Positions 62,870-64,000 of a stretch of DNA of 64,000 nt are shown one piece after another; the stretch's first letter is position 1, and each line of letters starts with the position of its first letter. A program made the translations under genes and the position numbers. The stretch is taken from contig NC_043014.1 in assembly GCF_006345805.1 (NCBI RefSeq), positions 7,316,001 to 7,380,000 of the forward strand. The letters are read 5' to 3'. The DNA is from Octopus sinensis. Lineage: Eukaryota. Under the pieces are notes generated by a model, which saw nothing but the letters and a program-made list of their open reading frames with translations, searched no databases and was not told the DNA's origin.

Positions 62870-63853
62870 CCGATTTTCAAAATAGAGGATTTTGTTCCTG
62901 TATTTATTTTGAGATGTTCTGCGTTTCTTTCAATTAATTTTAAATATAACAAAGAATTTAGTAAAATAACTTAGTTATCATTAAGCTAGTGTTAGGAACA
63001 TAAATTGTGTCTAAGGTTTGGTGGAAGATTTTAATTCAGAACTTATGAAAACAAAACATTTGTACAACAGAGCCAGGGGTGGTTTCAACCAGGTTGGTAT
63101 CAAAAGGGTTAAGAATTGTTTCTCTATTATATATATGTTAACCCTTTTGTTACCATATATCTGTTGAGATGCTCTGTGTTTCTTTCAATTAATTTTAAAT
63201 ATAACAAAGAATTTAGTAAAATAACTTGGTTATCATTAAGCTAGTGTTAGGAACATAAATTGTGACTAAGGTTTGGTGGAAGATTTCAATTCAAAACTTA
63301 CGAAAACAAGACATTTCTACTCAGAGCTGGTTTCAGCCAGGTTGGTAACAAAAGGGTTAAGAATTGTTCTCTATTATATATTTTAACCCATTTGTTACCA
63401 TATTTCTGTTGAGATGCTCTGTGTTTCTTTCAATTAATTTTAATATAACAAAGAATTTAGTAAAATAACTTAGTTATCATTAAGCTAGTGTTAAGAACAT
63501 AAATTGGACTAAGGTTTGGTGGAAGATTTTAATTCAGAACTTATGAAAACAAAACATTTGTACAACAGAGCCAGGGGTGGTTTCAACCAGGTTGGTATCA
63601 AAAGGATTAAGAATTGTTTCTCTATATATATTTTAACCTATTACCATATTTCTGTGAGATGCTCTGTGTTTCTTTCAATAATTTTAAATATAACAAAGAA
63701 TTTAGTAAAATAACTTAGTTACCATTAAGCTAGTGTTAAGAACATAAATGTGACTAAGGTTTGGTGGAAGATTTCAATTCAAAACTTACGAAAACAAGAC
63801 ATTGTACTCAGAGCCAGAGGTGGTTTCAGCCAGGTTGGTAACAAAAGGGTTAA
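62870..63853. mobile_element. Tandem array of four TTAA MITE copies (~245-bp period); another copy begins at ~63977
   Basis: TIR cccttttgttacca / tggta(a/t)caaaaggg; a short spacer is repeated between units. Confidence 0.85.
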
Positions 63854-64000
63854 CTGTAACAAAAGAGACGCCCTGAAAAAAAAATTACAAACTAAATCTT
63901 ACTGCTTCACATCAAAAGCTTGATTTGTCAATTGACTGTATGATGTAGTTACTGTGCAGTAACCATATATGAAATGATTTAACCCTTTTGTTACTGTATT

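Overview
AT-rich, repeat-saturated animal genomic DNA. The repeat families suggest an octopus or other coleoid cephalopod, but that is an inference. One protein-coding gene spans most of the window on the minus strand: a TDRD12-like (Yb/BoYb/SoYb family) piRNA-pathway gene. I assembled 15 phase-compatible GT-AG coding exons by hand from 49544 down to 127. They give about 1018 codons if one base is restored at ~30890. They encode an N-terminal extended Tudor domain, a long Ser-rich linker and the first half of a DEAD-box-type helicase domain (Q motif, Walker A, Ia, Ib). Motif II and the rest lie beyond the left edge of the window. A candidate promoter lies near 55.6 kb. The introns hold tRNA-headed SINEs (at least four architectures), many 5'-truncated RTE-LINE 3' UTRs, CR1/L2-like and RTE fragments, non-autonomous Helitrons, a HINE/DINE-like element, TTAA (piggyBac-type) MITEs, minisatellites and microsatellites. 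The most notable unexplained signals are: (1) a non-repeat, ~55-nt long-range intronic duplex bracketing a symmetric exon; (2) three hammerhead-ribozyme-like motifs, one at the centre of a foldback element; (3) a 1-nt frameshift in the large exon; (4) an intact Walker A motif; (5) a recursive-splice-like exon start. Repeat boundaries are approximate, and family names come from memory, not database searches.
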